Of a DNA stretch of 64,000 bases, positions 60,061 through 64,000 are shown in pieces. The stretch comes from an uncultured bacterium (GTDB lineage Bacteria; Armatimonadota; Hebobacteria; CAIYQO01), in contig CAZPYA010000015.1 of the NCBI GenBank assembly GCA_964590255.1, positions 2,085-66,084 of the forward strand. Direction: 5' to 3'. The first letter of the stretch is position 1, and each line of letters starts with the position of its first letter. The position numbers were made by a program, and so were the translations under genes. The notes under the pieces were generated by a model. The model saw nothing but the letters and a program-made list of their open reading frames with translations, had not been told where the DNA came from and ran no database searches.

Positions 60061-61116
60061 ATGACCTTGATCGAATATGGGTGGAACGCGCGCCTCAACG
60101 AGCTGTTCGCGCCCCACGCGGACGCCGGCTACGAGCCCGGACGCGTCACCCAGCAACATAAAGCCCGCTACGTCCTCGCGACGGCGGCGGGCGAAATCGC
60201 CGGCGTCGTCACCGGCAAACTCCTGCACCAGGCCGATACGCGGGTGGACCTGCCCGCGGTGGGCGACTGGGTGGCGCTGCGGCGCCATGACGATCTCGCC
60301 ACGATCCACGCGCTCCTGCCCCGGCACAGCCAGTTTATTCGCAAGGTGCCGGGCGTACGGCTGGAGCCACAGGTGGTGTCGGCGAATATCGACACCATCT
60401 TCCTACTCGTTGGCCTGGACGGCAACTTCAGCCTGGCGCGCATCGAGCGCTACACCGCCGCCGCCTGGGAGAGCGGCGCCCGCCCGGTGGTGCTGCTCAC
60501 CAAGGCCGACCTGTGCCCGGACGTGCCGGCGCGGCTGGCCGCGGCGCAGGCCGTCGCCGGCGGCGCGTCCGTGCATGCCATCAGCGCGCCGGAAGGGGTG
60601 GGCCTCGCGGCGGTGCACAGCTACCTGTCGTCCGGCGAGACGGGCGCGCTGCTCGGTTCCTCCGGCGTGGGCAAATCCACGCTGCTCAATGCCTTGCTCG
60701 GTGACGAACGCCAGCAGACGCAGGCCATCCGCGCCGACGACAGCAAAGGACGGCACACCACCACGTCTCGCCAGCTCTTCCGCCTGCCCGGCGGGGCGCT
60801 GATGATCGACACCCCGGGCATGCGCGAACTGCAGCTCTGGGAGGCGGAGGAGGGCGTCGAGGAGACCTTCGCCGACATCGAGGCGCTGGCGACGGACTGC
60901 CGCTTCGCCGATTGCCGCCACGCCGGCGAGGCCGGCTGCGCGGTGCAGGCCGCGCTGGAAGCAGGACGCATCGATGCCCGCCGCTGGGCCAGCTTCCAGA
61001 AGCTGCGGCGCGAGCTCACCTTCCTCGCCTCGCGCGAGGACGACGACGCCTACCGCGCGCGCCGGCGCCGAGAAAAGGCGCTGGGCAAGGCGATCAAGCG
61101 GCTGAAGAAGGGGTGA
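60061..61116 (+). CDS. rsgA: Ribosome small subunit-dependent GTPase A (long 'YGW' type)
   Basis: PAVGDWV, TKADL, GSSGVGKST, GRHTTT, DTPGMRE, CRFADCRH..GC. Confidence 0.93.
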   Translation: MTLIEYGWNARLNELFAPHADAGYEPGRVTQQHKARYVLATAAGEIAGVVTGKLLHQADTRVDLPAVGDWVALRRHDDLATIHALLPRHSQFIRKVPGVRLEPQVVSANIDTIFLLVGLDGNFSLARIERYTAAAWESGARPVVLLTKADLCPDVPARLAAAQAVAGGASVHAISAPEGVGLAAVHSYLSSGETGALLGSSGVGKSTLLNALLGDERQQTQAIRADDSKGRHTTTSRQLFRLPGGALMIDTPGMRELQLWEAEEGVEETFADIEALATDCRFADCRHAGEAGCAVQAALEAGRIDARRWASFQKLRRELTFLASREDDDAYRARRRREKALGKAIKRLKKG

Positions 61117-61221
61117 GCCTCGCCTGGGAGGCCGGACGACCGGCCTCCCAGGCGCCTGATTGACAGCCAACCGGGATATCGATAATAAGAGGAATCATTC
61201 GCGCTCTTGAAAGGAGTTGCC

Positions 61222-61620
61222 ATGCGCACCCGCGGGTTTACCCTTATTGAACTGCTGGTCGTCATGGCCATCATCGCGATCCTGGCCGCCATCCTCTTCC
61301 CCGTCTTCGCGAAAGCGCGCGAGAAAGCCCGGCAGAACACCTGCATGAGCAATCAGCGCCAGATCGCCGTCGAACTCCAGATGTGGGCGCAGGACCACGA
61401 GGAATACCTGCCCAACCAGAAAACGGTCTGGAGCGGCCTGGGCCTAACGCCCAAAATCCTCCAGTGCATGACCGCCGGCAAAAATGTCGCCAACGCCTAT
61501 GGCTACAACTACAACGTCTCCGGCGTCACCCTGGGCGACATCACCTTTCCCACGGTAACGGTTCCGACTGCGACTGCGAAGAAGGACAACAGGAATCCAC
61601 CCCGTCCCCGGCGAATGTAA
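61222..61620 (+). CDS. Prepilin-type N-terminal cleavage/methylation (DUF1559-like) protein, probably truncated
   Basis: [41 protein letters not shown]; lacks the usual C-terminal H-X9-DG motif. Confidence 0.75.
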   Translation: MRTRGFTLIELLVVMAIIAILAAILFPVFAKAREKARQNTCMSNQRQIAVELQMWAQDHEEYLPNQKTVWSGLGLTPKILQCMTAGKNVANAYGYNYNVSGVTLGDITFPTVTVPTATAKKDNRNPPRPRRM

Positions 61621-61637
61621 AGGCAGGAACCTTGCAC

Positions 61638-62507
61638 ATGGAGGTCGCCTTGTCCGCATTGCCGCGATATGCCTGGGTGCTGCCGTTCGTGCTGCTGCTG
61701 GCGGCGGCAGGGATCATGTTCGGGCCGCAACTGCGGCGAAGCCCCCTGCCGCCGAATGCGCCTGCCGCGCCGGCGCCGGTCGCCATTACGGACGCGGTGC
61801 CCGGCTGGCGCAAGGTGCACGTCTACGTGGCGCTGTGCGATAACGCCCACCAGGGCATCGTGCCGGTGCCGAAAGCCATCGGCAACGGGCAAGACCCGGC
61901 GCGGAACCTCTACTGGGGCTGCGGCAGCGGGGTGAAGACCTACTTCTCCCGCAGCCGCGAGTGGAAGCTGGTCGAGACGGTGGCCGGCCCGAAGCCGAAC
62001 GTGCTGCAGCGGCTGGTCTTTCGCCACGCGACGGCCAAGGTCTACCTCGTCGCCGACGCCTACGACGGGCAATACATCGAGGAAACGATCACGGACTGCC
62101 TCATCGCCGCCAGCGGGGCCGCGCCCGAAGCGGTGACCATCCAGGGTAAACGCTTCGCCCTCGGCGGCGGCGCCGACCTGGTCGCCTACATCGGCCACAA
62201 CGGCCTGATGGATTTCGCCCTCGATCTGTCGCTGACCCCCAACCCCGGCACGCCAAAGGACGTCATCCTGCTCTCCTGCGCCAGCAGCCAGTATTTCGCC
62301 GACTATCTGCGCGCCGCCAACGCCACGCCCCTGCTCTGGACCACCAACCTCATGTGCCCCGAGGCCTACACCCTCCACGACGCCCTCACCGGCTGGGTGA
62401 AAGACGAAACGCCGAAGCAGATCCACGCCCGCGCCGCCAAGGCCTACAGCGCCCACCAGCGCTGCACCGTCCGCGCGGCGGGACGGTTGTTGAAGACGGG
62501 GTGGTGA
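61638..62507 (+). CDS. Conserved hypothetical exported protein
   Basis: HVYVALCDN..QGIVPVP..IGNGQDP..NLYWG, YIGHNGLMD, LSCAS; start may be TTG 61650. Confidence 0.7.
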   Translation: MEVALSALPRYAWVLPFVLLLAAAGIMFGPQLRRSPLPPNAPAAPAPVAITDAVPGWRKVHVYVALCDNAHQGIVPVPKAIGNGQDPARNLYWGCGSGVKTYFSRSREWKLVETVAGPKPNVLQRLVFRHATAKVYLVADAYDGQYIEETITDCLIAASGAAPEAVTIQGKRFALGGGADLVAYIGHNGLMDFALDLSLTPNPGTPKDVILLSCASSQYFADYLRAANATPLLWTTNLMCPEAYTLHDALTGWVKDETPKQIHARAAKAYSAHQRCTVRAAGRLLKTGW

Positions 62508-62569
62508 TACTCGGAAGCAATTGACGAATCCGTCACCGCGTTATACGCTGGTAAAATCGAGGACGAGCG

Positions 62570-62971
62570 ATGAAACGACGCATCGGCTGGATCATCACGG
62601 CGGTAATACTTGCGATAATTGGCGGTGTCATCGCCCTGGATAACGCGCGGCAGGCCGCCTATCTGCGCAACGTCAAGCAGGAACTGCAGGCGCTGGCGGC
62701 TGATCCGCTTGCGACCCGGCAGCATGTCGCGAAACTGAACAGCGACCGCTGGACCGATGGCCGCGTGGGCATCACCGCCGACGGCTACATCTTCTATTAT
62801 GACATGCATGAATCCCACGGCATGGACAATATCAACGATGTCCACACCTTCTACCTGCCGGATGAACGGCGGTTCATCATCAACCGGAAGCACTACTGCG
62901 TGGATCTCTCGAAAGATTATCAGCCGAAGAGTAAAGCCGATCTGCTGCCGATGTTCTACGCTGGCAATTAA
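62570..62971 (+). CDS. Hypothetical protein with N-terminal TM
   Basis: GAGG SD; hydrophobic N-terminus. Confidence 0.6.
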   Translation: MKRRIGWIITAVILAIIGGVIALDNARQAAYLRNVKQELQALAADPLATRQHVAKLNSDRWTDGRVGITADGYIFYYDMHESHGMDNINDVHTFYLPDERRFIINRKHYCVDLSKDYQPKSKADLLPMFYAGN

Positions 62972-63013
62972 TCGTGTAGCCGCTTACTCTATCGGAAACA
63001 CAAATTCACCCCT

Positions 63014-63883
63014 CTATTGATCTATCTGTTCCTCAAATTGCTCGGGATGACGTAAATAATAGATGATGCACCGCACCGCATCGTAAAACGTATTGAAGGG
63101 GAAACTCGGTTGCCCAATGCCGACAATCCACCGTTCACCTTCTCGCCAGAGGTGACCGCCGTATTGAAGCGTGGTGATGCCACCTCGATCATCAAGGCTG
63201 TGGGCGAAGTTGACGCTGTCTCCCACCACCCAGTGGCGGTATCGCGCCCAATAGCCGGCTTTGCACAGCGTGCTGATCACTTCCTGGCACCAATCCGGCG
63301 CCGCCAGCTCTTCCACCTCGGCATGCCGGTAACAATCGGTCGTATGGTCGTTCACCATCCCCACCGCCTGCATGAAGCTGTAGCAGATGGTGCTGCCGAC
63401 GAAGCTGGCGCCGCGGGCGCGGAGGGCGGCGCTCATGGCGTCACTCTCGGGGGTGCGGGCGGGGAGGTCGGCGAGGGTGTTCCACGCGTTCTGGCGCGGT
63501 GCGCCGCTGGCGAAGCCCCACAGGAAGGCATCCAGGCTGCCGTATTCGCGCTGGATCTCCAGCACGATGCCGGCCAGCCGCACCGCCGCCGCCACCTTCA
63601 GCCGATTGCGCACGATGCCCGGGTCGGCCAGCAGCACGGCGATCTGCTCCGGCCCATACGCCGCCACCGTCGCGATGTCAAAGCCGTCGAAGGCGCGGCG
63701 ATAGCCGTCGCGCTTGTTGAGAATCGTCCGCCAACTCAGCCCCGCCTGCGCGCCCTCCAACACCAGAAACTCGAAGAGCCGCCGGTCGTCATGCACCGGC
63801 ACGCCCCACTCTTCGTCGTGATACGCCTCGTATAGCGCGTCGCCGGCGGGAACCCATGCGCAGCGGGTATGCGTTATCGCCAT
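63014..63883 (-). CDS. tag: DNA-3-methyladenine glycosylase I with C-terminal extension
   Basis: RCAW, YHDEEWG, LEGAQAGLSW, IVRNRLKV, FVGSTICYSFMQAVGMVNDH. Confidence 0.92.
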   Translation of the reverse strand: MAITHTRCAWVPAGDALYEAYHDEEWGVPVHDDRRLFEFLVLEGAQAGLSWRTILNKRDGYRRAFDGFDIATVAAYGPEQIAVLLADPGIVRNRLKVAAAVRLAGIVLEIQREYGSLDAFLWGFASGAPRQNAWNTLADLPARTPESDAMSAALRARGASFVGSTICYSFMQAVGMVNDHTTDCYRHAEVEELAAPDWCQEVISTLCKAGYWARYRHWVVGDSVNFAHSLDDRGGITTLQYGGHLWREGERWIVGIGQPSFPFNTFYDAVRCIIYYLRHPEQFEEQIDQ

Positions 63884-63999
63884 ATCGCTCCCTCAAAGGC
63901 CCGCGCCTCCACCGCGCGCAGGCTCGACAGGCGCCAGCCCGTCCAGATCGACCGGCGGACGGCGAAGTAGAGGGTGGAGGTTTCCTCGTCGCCGGTCAG
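63874..63999 (-). CDS. 3' end of a hypothetical gene entering from the window edge
   Basis: Open frame LTGDEETSTLYFAVRR...EGAIWR* overlapping the tag start. Confidence 0.4.
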   Translation of the reverse strand: MTGDEETSTLYFAVRRSIWTGWRLSSLRAVEARAFEGAIWR

Positions 64000-64000
64000 G

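Noticed and set aside
1-64000. tRNA, rRNA, prophage or integrase genes
   Set aside because: None recognised in this window

Overview
GC-rich bacterial chromosome segment, probably Armatimonadota. This rests on a typical '[33 protein letters not shown]' prepilin-type gene, a copper-amine-oxidase-N/stalk protein and Terrabacteria-like core genes, and is inference only. Core blocks: rlmN-msrB; rpmH-rnpA-yidD-yidC-jag with no dnaA next to it; rpsA; and a dcw start (mraZ-rsmH-ftsL-ftsI) that stops after ftsI. Accessory genes include a PAS/GAF two-component pair, many carbohydrate-active genes, an orphan glycyl-radical enzyme, a DUF4129/DUF4350/MoxR cluster, comEA, an AbrB-RND efflux operon and rsgA. 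Most notable: (i) a strongly AT-rich two-gene island (putative ART-like small protein plus DUF6575-like protein), a candidate undescribed defence/toxin module; (ii) a leader-peptide attenuator upstream of rsgA; (iii) an 83-bp MITE with a 5-bp target duplication that exactly explains a frameshift in a GH2 gene lying between IS66 and IS1634 scars; (iv) a DnaA-box cluster far from dnaA; (v) a RAYT REPtron and several other REP/REPIN families, two copies of which bracket one gene; (vi) a recurring AGGA-N17/18-GAAW (sigmaH-like) promoter motif in front of mostly catabolic genes. All calls come from reading the sequence by eye; no database search was run.
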